Positions 38,675 to 47,563 of a stretch of 64,000 bases of DNA are shown piece by piece. The notes beneath the pieces were generated by a model that saw only the letters and a list, made by a program, of their open reading frames with translations, did no database searches and was not told the DNA's origin. Source of the DNA: Desulfomonilia bacterium. Lineage in GTDB: Bacteria > Desulfobacterota > Desulfomonilia > UBA1062. Where the stretch lies: NCBI GenBank assembly GCA_050014195.1, contig JBEKDT010000005.1, positions 159,012 through 223,011 on the forward strand, written 5' to 3'. The position numbers were made by a program, and so were the translations under genes. The first letter of the stretch is position 1. Every line of letters begins with the position of its first letter.

Positions 38675-39547
38675 TCAGGTGATCCTCACCCGGTACTTCC
38701 TGACATAGCTTGACGGATTGTAGGAAAGTTTGGACTTCCGTAACCCCTCATCGCCCAGGTCCTGCTCCCGGTTGACCAGAGAAAAGCCATTGCTGTGCTC
38801 GAGAAACATCTGGTTGATGGCCTGGTAGATGCCGGCGAATTCGGGAAGGCCCTTTTCGAAATGGACCAGCAGCATATCTTCTCTGAGCGCCTCTGCTACG
38901 GTGAATGCTTTTGGTTCATCCTCCACGTTTATAACTGCACCCATGATGCCTGTGAGATCTTCCCAGGCCTGAAGCACCCGCTTGATAACCCGGTTCTCAC
39001 TGGCGAGTGTCTCGACGGACTCGCAGTCCCGCCAGGTGCACCAGACCTCCTGCATGGCGAGCACTCTGGGTACGAGAGAAGGGGTGACCTCCTGGTACCC
39101 GAAACGATACTTCTTCTTAAACTGGGTCAAGAGGTTCTTCTTGTTGTGGAACTTGTTACCGGCAAGATCGACGAGCTCAGGAACGGAATAGAGGTAGTCC
39201 CAATGCTCCCGGGCCTCTTCCACCTTCACCCTGCCGGGGAGGTTTGCAACCCATTGGAAGAGGAGTTCCTCGGGTACACGGTTAAAAGGGAGCTCTTGTA
39301 TCTGGGGGTTGTCAAAGACTGCAGCCCAGGCAACACCCTCCCAGTCCCCGACCGGCGCCCACAGGCACGGCATAGGTATCTCCTGCCTTATCCATACGAG
39401 CCCGTTATCCCATGCCCAGGAAAGACCATACTCTTCAGCCCACCCCCACAGGTTGATGAAGCTGTAGTCAGAGGCAGCAAACCTGACAGCGGAAAAATGC
39501 CTGATGTATGCATCCTGGTAAGACAGGGAGATGGGTTCAAATAGCAA
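38675..39547 (-). CDS. DUF2156 (aminoacyl-phosphatidylglycerol synthase C-terminal-like) protein
   Basis: DYSF.NL.GW, DYLY, HFEK, NREQDLGDEGLRK.K.SY.P. Confidence 0.87.
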   Translation of the reverse strand: MLFEPISLSYQDAYIRHFSAVRFAASDYSFINLWGWAEEYGLSWAWDNGLVWIRQEIPMPCLWAPVGDWEGVAWAAVFDNPQIQELPFNRVPEELLFQWVANLPGRVKVEEAREHWDYLYSVPELVDLAGNKFHNKKNLLTQFKKKYRFGYQEVTPSLVPRVLAMQEVWCTWRDCESVETLASENRVIKRVLQAWEDLTGIMGAVINVEDEPKAFTVAEALREDMLLVHFEKGLPEFAGIYQAINQMFLEHSNGFSLVNREQDLGDEGLRKSKLSYNPSSYVRKYRVRIT

Positions 39548-39630
39548 TGCTAAAGTCCTCCTTATGATCGCCCGTGCCGGGCTGTCAGGATTATAAGAGA
39601 CTTACATCATATTAATAAAGCAGCAATGCA

Positions 39631-40680
39631 TCAGCTACCTTGAGTGGTCTTATCCACGTATTCGGCGATCTGACCCATCATGGTGCTCACGTCCTCGCCA
39701 TTAAGTCTTAAGATAGCCATGGCATCAGGGTGCATATGATAGAGCATCCCGTCGATCCCCGCCCCGATTCCACTCATCATGGCAACGGCATCGGCCATGT
39801 GCACAATAAAGGAAAGGACATCGCCTTTGGACGGGGTGGGGTCGTGGTGATACCGGATGGCGAGTGTCATCTGAGACGGGATATGCCACCTCTCACACGC
39901 CTCTGATGCCAGTTCGGCGTGATCGAATCCGAGGATATGCTTTTCAGCGTTCAGGAACGACTCTTTACCCTCATCGACGAAGGCCTTGAAGGCGTCCTTG
40001 CGCTCATGGATGTACGGATCGAGGATGATCTTGCCCACGTCGTGTATAAGGCCTGCGGCGAATGCATCCTGTTCCAGGGAAGGGTTCACCCTCCGCGCTA
40101 TGATCTGGGATGCTGCGGCCACGGCCAGTGAATGCATCCAGAGCTCACCGGCATCGAGATCGTAGCCGGAAAGTGTTTGACCGAGTATCTCAGAGGAGCA
40201 GGCAAGGTTGAGTACCTCCATGAGGGTCTTTGAACCGAGTACAACCGCCGCATGCTGCACCGATGAGACCTTGCCGGAAAGACCGTAGTAGGGTGAATTG
40301 GCGATCTTCAGGATGCGCGTGACAATAGCCTGGTCCGTCTCGATGACCTTGGCAAGATCCTTGAAGCTCGATGCAGGGTTGCTGATGACCTCCCTGGCCT
40401 TCTGTGCGACCTGGGGCATGGGGGGCAGATCCTTCATGGTGCGTAAGATGCGCTCCTTGAGGACATTGCCATTGACCGAGCTTGCAGGGCCCTGCGCATG
40501 ACCGCCGACGACTTTTCTTTCCGACGATGAAGCATCGGGGGCCTCTTCACCTGCCGGAGGGTGGAAGACTATTGCGTTTTTGCAGCTAGGGCACGGTATG
40601 GTAATGCTTCCCTTTAATGTCTTGAGACGCTCATCCGGGATGATGTATTCTTTTGAGCACTTCGGACATCGGATATTCAT
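39631..40680 (-). CDS. Zinc-ribbon plus HDOD domain protein
   Basis: CPKC...CPSC; LPPMP, LKIANSPYYG, GLIHDVGK, GFDHA, IRYHH. Confidence 0.9.
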   Translation of the reverse strand: MNIRCPKCSKEYIIPDERLKTLKGSITIPCPSCKNAIVFHPPAGEEAPDASSSERKVVGGHAQGPASSVNGNVLKERILRTMKDLPPMPQVAQKAREVISNPASSFKDLAKVIETDQAIVTRILKIANSPYYGLSGKVSSVQHAAVVLGSKTLMEVLNLACSSEILGQTLSGYDLDAGELWMHSLAVAAASQIIARRVNPSLEQDAFAAGLIHDVGKIILDPYIHERKDAFKAFVDEGKESFLNAEKHILGFDHAELASEACERWHIPSQMTLAIRYHHDPTPSKGDVLSFIVHMADAVAMMSGIGAGIDGMLYHMHPDAMAILRLNGEDVSTMMGQIAEYVDKTTQGS

Positions 40681-40824
40681 CTGCTGCATCCTCCCAAGGT
40701 ATATTCCCCGACCACCTTCATACAACGGCAAAACAGGCCGATATCTCGGCCGTCATCTGCAATAAGCCCAAGAAGGATATTCATGACCATATGCTTTTTA
40801 CCCACACCTCTACTTTAGGATACG

Positions 40825-41262
40825 TCACGAAATCTTAATCTTCCCTTCGTCAACATTCAGGATCATGGTGCGCAACCTTGTACCGCCGACGTTCTCCAGC
40901 TTCACCTCAAGCTGCCTGCTGGCGAGGATTTCCTTCACCTGGTTCACCAGGGTGGAGCCCACTTCACCCTGGTCGCTGCTCGAAAGAAGCGACGCCCCCC
41001 CGGCAATCGCGACGGACACCTTTAATGGGATACCTCTCTTGGCAAACTCGGCAATGGCGTATTCCACAGCCGTGTCGGCAAAATATGCAGGATTGTCCGC
41101 CCTTTGTCCCTTGGACTGCCCCCTGAGTAAATGGAGGCCTGCAGCAAACTTGTACTGGGGGCTATAAAAGATAATACCTATCCCCGTGGCGATTTTGTCT
41201 ATCCACAAGATACCCTCTTCGGTAAATTCACATTTCATGGGCTTGACAGCAGTTGTCTTCAT
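40825..41262 (-). CDS. cheD: CheD-like protein (degenerate)
   Basis: PAYFADTA, IAGGA, ENVGG..RT; canonical GSC replaced by ATG. Confidence 0.7.
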   Translation of the reverse strand: MKTTAVKPMKCEFTEEGILWIDKIATGIGIIFYSPQYKFAAGLHLLRGQSKGQRADNPAYFADTAVEYAIAEFAKRGIPLKVSVAIAGGASLLSSSDQGEVGSTLVNQVKEILASRQLEVKLENVGGTRLRTMILNVDEGKIKIS

Positions 41263-41380
41263 CCCGATTCTGACACCTTCCTGTATCGTATCATCTTAGG
41301 ATACCTTATTTTAGATTATGACCTACCATAGATCATTCAGGCTGACAAAACTTTTTCACTGCATGATCTTCTTGTTATTT

Positions 41381-41557
41381 TTAAGGGATCCTGAGCTGCG
41401 GCTTGCCTGCCTTTACCCGTATCCAGTTGAGTGCCTTATGTACGGATTCCTGCCGGATGAATCGAAGCTCCAAGGCCCTCTTACGGGGGAAACTGATCAG
41501 GGCCTGGTGGATGCTGGCCCAATCAATGACGAATCGGATGAGACCAAAGAGATTCAT
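41381..41557 (-). CDS. Small basic hypothetical protein (58 aa) coupled to TetR
   Basis: ATG overlaps the TetR TGA (ATGA); MNLFGLIRFVIDWASIHQALISFPRKRALELRFIRQESVHKALNWIRVKAGKPQLRIP*. Confidence 0.4.
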   Translation of the reverse strand: MNLFGLIRFVIDWASIHQALISFPRKRALELRFIRQESVHKALNWIRVKAGKPQLRIP

Positions 41558-42138
41558 TCACGCTTCAAGAGCCCGTTTAAGATGAGATCTATGCTCAGAT
41601 CGAACATCTTACGGGTGGATTTGCCTTCTGACATAATATAGGTCTTGATAATGAACATGACATATATGGAAAAGAGGAGATCGGTAACATACTTGATGTC
41701 GACCTTGCAGAATTTGTTTTCGTCCACTCCTTTTTTAAGCAGGTTCTTGAGCATGTCCATGGATGCCCGGTTGATCTCGGCAAACCTGTCCTCACGAGGG
41801 GATAGAGGGAATACCGACGGATCGTTGATGAGGATGGTGCGCAGCGCCACATCCTTTGAGAGGTACATGAAACTCTTTTTACCCATGACCACAAACTGCT
41901 CTTTAACATCCTCGATGCCTGAGATGGCCTCTCTCACCTTTGCCTGCCACCTCAGAAGTCCATAAGCTATGGCCTTCTCATAGAGCTCGCGCTTGTCCTT
42001 GGCGTAGAGATACAGATTGCCTTTGGTCATGCCCAACTCATGGCCGATGTCTTCCACCCGGGTCCTCTTGTACCCATATTGTGCAAACACTTTTAATGCC
42101 GCATCGTAGATCCGGTTCAGCCTCTCCTGCCTGTCCAT
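41554..42138 (-). CDS. TetR/AcrR family regulator
   Basis: IYDAALKVFAQYGY..T.VEDI..ELGMTKGNLY.Y; GGAGG RBS before ATG 42138. Confidence 0.9.
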   Translation of the reverse strand: MDRQERLNRIYDAALKVFAQYGYKRTRVEDIGHELGMTKGNLYLYAKDKRELYEKAIAYGLLRWQAKVREAISGIEDVKEQFVVMGKKSFMYLSKDVALRTILINDPSVFPLSPREDRFAEINRASMDMLKNLLKKGVDENKFCKVDIKYVTDLLFSIYVMFIIKTYIMSEGKSTRKMFDLSIDLILNGLLKRE

Positions 42139-42290
42139 ATGCCTCCTGTACAATATCATCCATGAAAGGACTATCATCATCTGGCATAGCAGATGGCTTG
42201 AAGTCAATTCTCTATCATGCGCCTGACTTCATTTTGCATCTGAATTATCAAATGAATTATTGAACAATATGTTCATCCATTCAATTATTC

Positions 42291-42319
42291 TTGACTTACG
42301 GCATGCATGCCGTTACAAT
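42291..42319 (+). promoter_or_regulatory. sigma70 promoter with a perfect 16-bp palindrome in the spacer
   Basis: TTGACT-17-TACAAT; ACGGCATGCATGCCGT at 42298-42313. Confidence 0.7.
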
Positions 42320-42391
42320 TTTTCAAGGGCTTACGTATCACATCAGACTTTTTTAAGCTTTTTTTGATATGGAAAACACAGGGGGGTGTAT

Positions 42392-43024
42392 ATGACAGAA
42401 TCATCTGCAAAGGCACTTTCAATCCTTCGTGACCCGTCTCAGTTTCAGTGGTATCTCATACCGCTCCTGCTTGTCATCATCTACATCTACCACAACGAGG
42501 CCCGGAACAAGAACTGGAACTCCATCTTCGCCGGTCTCGCCCTTTGGGGATGCGACTGGTTCAACGAGATCTGGAACGCCCTGGTCTTCCACTTCACCCA
42601 ATATGCCCCTGTCTGGGGGGCGCCGGCCAAGACGGCCTACCTCATCCTTATAGGGCTCAACATTGAGATTTGCATGATGTTCTCCATCATGGGCGTGGCC
42701 ACGACCATCATGCTCCCGGAAGACCGGAGCCTGAAGATCCTGGGATTGCCGCACCGCTGGTTCTTCATATGCGCATTCACAACCCTGTCCGTCATCGTGG
42801 AGATTATCCTTAACTCCATAGGCGCTCTGACATGGGATTACTCCTGGTGGAATGCCAGGGCACCGTGGCTCATCTGGATTGCCGGGTACTTCTATTTCTT
42901 CCTGGTGGCCTACTGGGTCTATGACATGAAGACCATCAAGGCCAAGGCCATCACCGTCGGCACCATCCTGGGGTTTGATCTAGCCTGCCTCATCATATTT
43001 ATAGGCGTGTTGAAGTGGATTTGA
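42392..43024 (+). CDS. Hypothetical integral membrane protein
   Basis: About 6-7 TM, Trp-rich; DWFNEIWN, GLNIEI. Confidence 0.8.
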   Translation: MTESSAKALSILRDPSQFQWYLIPLLLVIIYIYHNEARNKNWNSIFAGLALWGCDWFNEIWNALVFHFTQYAPVWGAPAKTAYLILIGLNIEICMMFSIMGVATTIMLPEDRSLKILGLPHRWFFICAFTTLSVIVEIILNSIGALTWDYSWWNARAPWLIWIAGYFYFFLVAYWVYDMKTIKAKAITVGTILGFDLACLIIFIGVLKWI

Positions 43025-43075
43025 GACGCACCTGAATCCCTTCAACATGCGCTCCCAATGTGATGATACTATCTT

Positions 43076-44365
43076 CTACAGGGTCCCCATAGATGCGCGC
43101 AGAACAGCCAAGGCCCTGGCATGATCGGCACGCGCCATTATATAGTTGTTATGCGCGCGGACCAGCAGGGTCTGTGACCTGAGCACATCATCCGTGGTCG
43201 CTGCCTGGAGGTTGTAACTGTCTTTTTCTATCCGTGCGAATTCTTCCGCCTGAGCAATGGCCTTCTCGGCCACCTGCAGACGGGCCCGGGCTTCTTGTAT
43301 GTTGAGGTAGGAGTTCTTGACCTCAAGGGTAACCTGGTTTTTCAGGCTTTCAAGCAGGTACCCTGCCTTGGTATTCATGTATTGGGACTTGTTGTAATTC
43401 CAATATCCGGAGCCACCCGAGAAGAGGTTCCACGTGAGCCCGATCCCGGCCTTCCACGTGTCATATTTCAGAGAGGGATCTACACCTTTCTGGTTCTCAT
43501 ATCCATACGTGGCGGCTATATCGGGCATGAATACCGATTTCGCAATGCTGATCCCCTTTGCGGAATTGTCGAGCGTGAGCTTTGCGATCTTGATTTCCTG
43601 CCTGTTGTCCATGGCCGTGGCAAGAGATTGATCAAAGGTGATATCAATGCTCGTCAGCGGTATCTCCGGCTCGATGTTCAGATCTTCATTGATATTATTT
43701 TGCAGGAGTATATTCAGGTTCGATTCTGCGATCTTCACTGCATTATCGGCTGAGATCAGGAACTCCTCACTCTCCGAGTACTGCACCTGGGCCTCCAGCA
43801 GATCGTTCTTGGGGATCATGCCCTCGTTGAAGAAGGCATTGGCTACATCAAGGTGAGACTTCACAGAGGCAACATTACTCTTCGCCACCTCCCGCTGCTG
43901 CCTGGCCTTGATCACCCCGTAGTATGCATCGATGGCCATAAGCTTGATGTCCCGGATGAACCTCTCCCGTTCGAGCTCGGATGCGAACTGATCGTTCTTG
44001 GCGATAAGGTAACCGTTGTAAAGTGCACCGCCGGCAAAGAGCACCTGCTTGGCCTCGATATCCATATCGTAATTTCCCTTTGAGTTGAAGGGGAGCGGGC
44101 CTATGGGCGGAGGGAATGGCAACATCTCAAGCTGGCTGAATTTCATATACCCGTACGTGGCGTCCAACGAAGGGAGCATCTTGGAGAACTGGGACCTTTT
44201 GTCCATATCCTTCCCGAGGACGTCCTGGTCCTGGGCCTTCACGCCGGGGTTACGCTCAACGGCCATCTTGATCGAATCTTCAAGCGTCATGTAATCGGAT
44301 GCATGTACGCTTGTTACCCCCATGAAGAATAAACCAATCGCGATTAAAAACATTGTCTTCCTCAC
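43076..44365 (-). CDS. TolC family outer membrane efflux protein
   Basis: Signal peptide; two OEP repeats (LPSLD..., AYY, G...KNDLLEAQ; MPDI..., WNLFSGG). Confidence 0.88.
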   Translation of the reverse strand: MRKTMFLIAIGLFFMGVTSVHASDYMTLEDSIKMAVERNPGVKAQDQDVLGKDMDKRSQFSKMLPSLDATYGYMKFSQLEMLPFPPPIGPLPFNSKGNYDMDIEAKQVLFAGGALYNGYLIAKNDQFASELERERFIRDIKLMAIDAYYGVIKARQQREVAKSNVASVKSHLDVANAFFNEGMIPKNDLLEAQVQYSESEEFLISADNAVKIAESNLNILLQNNINEDLNIEPEIPLTSIDITFDQSLATAMDNRQEIKIAKLTLDNSAKGISIAKSVFMPDIAATYGYENQKGVDPSLKYDTWKAGIGLTWNLFSGGSGYWNYNKSQYMNTKAGYLLESLKNQVTLEVKNSYLNIQEARARLQVAEKAIAQAEEFARIEKDSYNLQAATTDDVLRSQTLLVRAHNNYIMARADHARALAVLRASMGTL

Positions 44366-44670
44366 TGTGATAACCTCCCTAGAAATTCCTCCATAATGCC
44401 GACTGCGAATTCAGACGGTGACTTCTCCAGTATGCCCCTAAAAATAACTCCGGGCTATTGCCTGTATGATCCCGAGCAGCATCATGGATTCCAACTCAGT
44501 CTCGAAGCGTTCTCCTCCCCTGTTTGCCTCCATGAAAATCTCGCGGGTGATCTGCATAGCCTCTATGTGTATATCTTTATATCACTATCTAAGAAAGATT
44601 AAAAAAAATCAGCATCAGCCCGTGACCATGACTATCAGTCTCGAGAGGAAAGAGACTTACCGCGTATTTA

Positions 44671-44848
44671 TGGTTCTTCTCTGTGAAGCATACATCTATC
44701 GTTTGCACCCTTTTCCCAGCCCATTGTTCTCACCACTTTAGGACACGAAGAGCACGAAAAAGATCTAAGAAATGCGTAAACGGATACTCTTGGATTCCTT
44801 TCCCCCCATCAGTGATTTCAAGAAAAATTTTTCCTTCGTGTCCTTCGT
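44671..44848. mobile_element. CACGAAG-arm miniature element, degenerate copy C
   Basis: Homologous to 13134-13320; left arm damaged (CACCACTTTAGGACACGAAG), right arm truncated. Confidence 0.7.
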
Positions 44849-44924
44849 ACTACTATCCATCATTTTCTTGTTTTTTGTGCATCATTTTGACCCATCCAGT
44901 ATGATGGTTCGCATCCTAATTCTT

Positions 44925-45130
44925 TTCTCACCACGAAGAACTCGAAGAGCACGAAGAAGATCTAAAAACCAGAACAAACACTCTTGGATCCATTGAACCG
45001 GTCAGCGATTTCAAGAGGATTCTTTTCTTCGTGTCCTTCGTGCTCTTCGTGGTGAAGTACTCCTATGTCTGCTCGAACCCCATGCTCCATTTTGGTTGCG
45101 GCTATGCTGCGCCAAGCTCTTCGTGGTGAA
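44925..45130. mobile_element. CACGAAG-arm miniature element, composite copy D
   Basis: Near-identical to 9195-9410 including interior and GGTTGCGGCTATGCTGCGC tail. Confidence 0.8.
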
Positions 45131-45143
45131 ATATCCCTTAAGC

Positions 45144-46427
45144 TCATTCCAGGGAATGGAAGACAAGGCCCGTAGGGGTTTTGGGATAGAAGTAGGTTGA
45201 GTTATGGGGCATCCTTAAACCCGCCTCTGCAATCTCCATCACATCATCCATCGTGGGCGGATTGAGGAGGAAGGTGATATCGGCCTGTTCTTTTGTCACC
45301 ATATCAAGGGCCTCCTCGGCCTTGCTCGTGAACATGATCCGCTTGTTTTCCATATTCGTGCCGATGCCTAAAATAGGATCGATAATGCACTCATGAAGGA
45401 TCGTCACGTCATGGCTTTTCAGCAAAGGATGCGTGCCGGCCGGCAGGTACTTTTCCAGCTCTGAATCTGAAGCCAGCTGCAGGAGGTAGAACCTGGGTAT
45501 ACCCTTCACATAGAGCCCTATGCTGCCCTTACCGCTCTTGTTCAAGGCAGCAAAAAATGCCTTTCGGTTATCATAGGGAACCATGTTGAAGATCTCTTTG
45601 ATCCGGTATTCCAGGTCGACCAGCCCTACACCCATACTATCGATGATGATGCGGTGCACAGGCAGAATCTTGATCCCTTCTTCTATATTGATGAGATACA
45701 TTTGGATGTAGTCGAAGTTCTGATTTCCGTCAGTCTTGCGGGTGGCCGCCCTCATTCGGTCCCTGTATACCTTGGCGGTCTCGTAGCGGTGCTGGCCATC
45801 CGCTATGAGGACCTTCTTATTGAGCGTTGTTTTGGCGATCTTTTCAATCGTGGCCGGATCATTGATGATCCATAGCTTGTGATTCTCATCTTTTGTCGAG
45901 AATTCAATCTGGGGCGTTCCGAGTCTGGTCCTGATCTGTGTTTCAACGGTCTTTTTCGAGTCCGAATAGACGCCGAGGATCGAGCTGAAATTCGTTCTCA
46001 CCTCGCTCATGAGGCGAAGCCGGTCGAGTTTGGGGCTTTTCACAGTATGTTCGTGAGGCCGGATGTTCTTCTTTTCGTCTTCGTCCATGCGGACCGATGC
46101 GATCAAGCCCCTTCTTATCGATGTTTTCTCGGCAATAGTGTAGGTATGCTCGTGGTAATAGAGCGCCGGCTTTTTATCCTGGATGAGAATGCCGCCCTTG
46201 AGCCATTGCTTGAACAGGTCCCGTGCCCTTGTGTAGCGGTTGTCGTCCTTGTTATCCTTGGGAAATTGCTTCCCGAGCACGAGCCTCACGGCATTGTAGG
46301 GAGACTTATTATAATATTCATCAATCTGCTGGGTGGGTATAATGTCATAAGGGGGGCAAATGGCATTAGCCAGATCGAGTTGCTCAGGGTTATATCTGAT
46401 TCCCCGAAAGGATCGTATCTTAGGCAT
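45144..46427 (-). CDS. DUF1015 family protein
   Basis: FRGIRY, PPYDII, IRPHE.T, IADG.HRYET, P.HR, STYFYPK..TGLV. Confidence 0.9.
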   Translation of the reverse strand: MPKIRSFRGIRYNPEQLDLANAICPPYDIIPTQQIDEYYNKSPYNAVRLVLGKQFPKDNKDDNRYTRARDLFKQWLKGGILIQDKKPALYYHEHTYTIAEKTSIRRGLIASVRMDEDEKKNIRPHEHTVKSPKLDRLRLMSEVRTNFSSILGVYSDSKKTVETQIRTRLGTPQIEFSTKDENHKLWIINDPATIEKIAKTTLNKKVLIADGQHRYETAKVYRDRMRAATRKTDGNQNFDYIQMYLINIEEGIKILPVHRIIIDSMGVGLVDLEYRIKEIFNMVPYDNRKAFFAALNKSGKGSIGLYVKGIPRFYLLQLASDSELEKYLPAGTHPLLKSHDVTILHECIIDPILGIGTNMENKRIMFTSKAEEALDMVTKEQADITFLLNPPTMDDVMEIAEAGLRMPHNSTYFYPKTPTGLVFHSLE

Positions 46428-46601
46428 TCACGGCTCCCTTCATGGCCTGGAAGTCAACAAGAGACACAAACAGGGCTATATATATGGGGTCTGGAAAAAT
46501 ATCAACCCCATTTTATGTAAAGATATATTTCCGAACTCGGGGTGAGAATTTCATCGGTATAGCGATTGATTTTACCATGTGTGGGAGAGTATAGGGTTTT
46601 T

Positions 46602-46898
46602 ATGCAATACTTAAGAATCGTATTTACCATCCTGATGCTTTTTGTAGTGATCACCTTTTGTGTGAACAATACGCAGGGCTTTGCCCTTTCATTCCTCGGC
46701 TACCGGCTCATGGTGCCGCTCCAGCTCTGGACGCTCATGGTTATCTTCTTTGCAGCCGGCATGGTGCCCATCATCATAATAGAGCTTCCTAAGCAGGCAT
46801 CTCATTATATGCGCATGCGCTCATTGAAGTCGCAGATCAGGCAGATGGAGGAATCGCTCCGTATGTGTGACGGTTCAACGGAAGAGCCGGCGAAATAA
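46602..46898 (+). CDS. LapA family (lipopolysaccharide assembly) small membrane protein
   Basis: TM-F..NN-TM-coiled-coil architecture. Confidence 0.65.
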   Translation: MQYLRIVFTILMLFVVITFCVNNTQGFALSFLGYRLMVPLQLWTLMVIFFAAGMVPIIIIELPKQASHYMRMRSLKSQIRQMEESLRMCDGSTEEPAK

Positions 46899-47495
46899 GC
46901 GCCTGAAAAAGGGGGTAATCTTCGAGGGGAACCACAGGAGGCTTAAGGTATTCCCAAGGTTATGCTGCCTGTTCTCCTCATGCGAGAGCAGAGAGGGGTC
47001 TATCTTGGCCTTTACCTTCAGATATCCCATCCAGTCGATCCTGCACAACAGCCTCCACAAAGGCCCCTTGAAGGGTGTGTAGATGCTGGTGGCAAAATCA
47101 ACGAGATACGGCATCCCCTCTTCATCCATTCCGTAGTTCCTCCGGTTACGCAAATCGAGGTGTATGACGCCTTTTTCGTGGACCGCATTGATGAGTTCCT
47201 CAAGACGCTTGAAATAGGCCTCATCGGGTTTCCCGATCCTGGTCATCAGGTTGTGTCCCCCCATGAAGCTCGTTGTGATGGTGTAGGGGTCAGGGCTCGG
47301 AACAACCTCAGGGATGCCGGTGACGCCCTTGAGTTTGGAATAGATATATGCCTCCCAGCGCACGAGCAGAGTGCCTGTCTTTTTAACAAGCCATGGTCTG
47401 CGTCGGTATGTCTTTTCCACCAAGGCCGTGCCGTCCCGGTGGATCAGGCGTACATCAGGGCCGTAGATACGTTTCTTTTTCAGTTGTATTTCCAT
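46875..47495 (-). CDS. Protein-kinase-like (RIO/Kdo kinase-like) protein
   Basis: H.KGVIHLDLRNRRN, LVDFA. Confidence 0.75.
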   Translation of the reverse strand: MEIQLKKKRIYGPDVRLIHRDGTALVEKTYRRRPWLVKKTGTLLVRWEAYIYSKLKGVTGIPEVVPSPDPYTITTSFMGGHNLMTRIGKPDEAYFKRLEELINAVHEKGVIHLDLRNRRNYGMDEEGMPYLVDFATSIYTPFKGPLWRLLCRIDWMGYLKVKAKIDPSLLSHEENRQHNLGNTLSLLWFPSKITPFFRRLFRRLFR

Positions 47496-47563
47496 GTCTT
47501 TTAGGGTCCTTAATACTTTTTTAGACCTGTTAACGCTCTATCATTCCATGCTATCGATGCGCA

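Noticed and set aside
44438-44557. Short minus-strand frame MQITREIFMEANRGG...ARSYF upstream of tolC, a possible regulator remnant
   Set aside because: Under 40 aa with no diagnostic motif; cannot be supported
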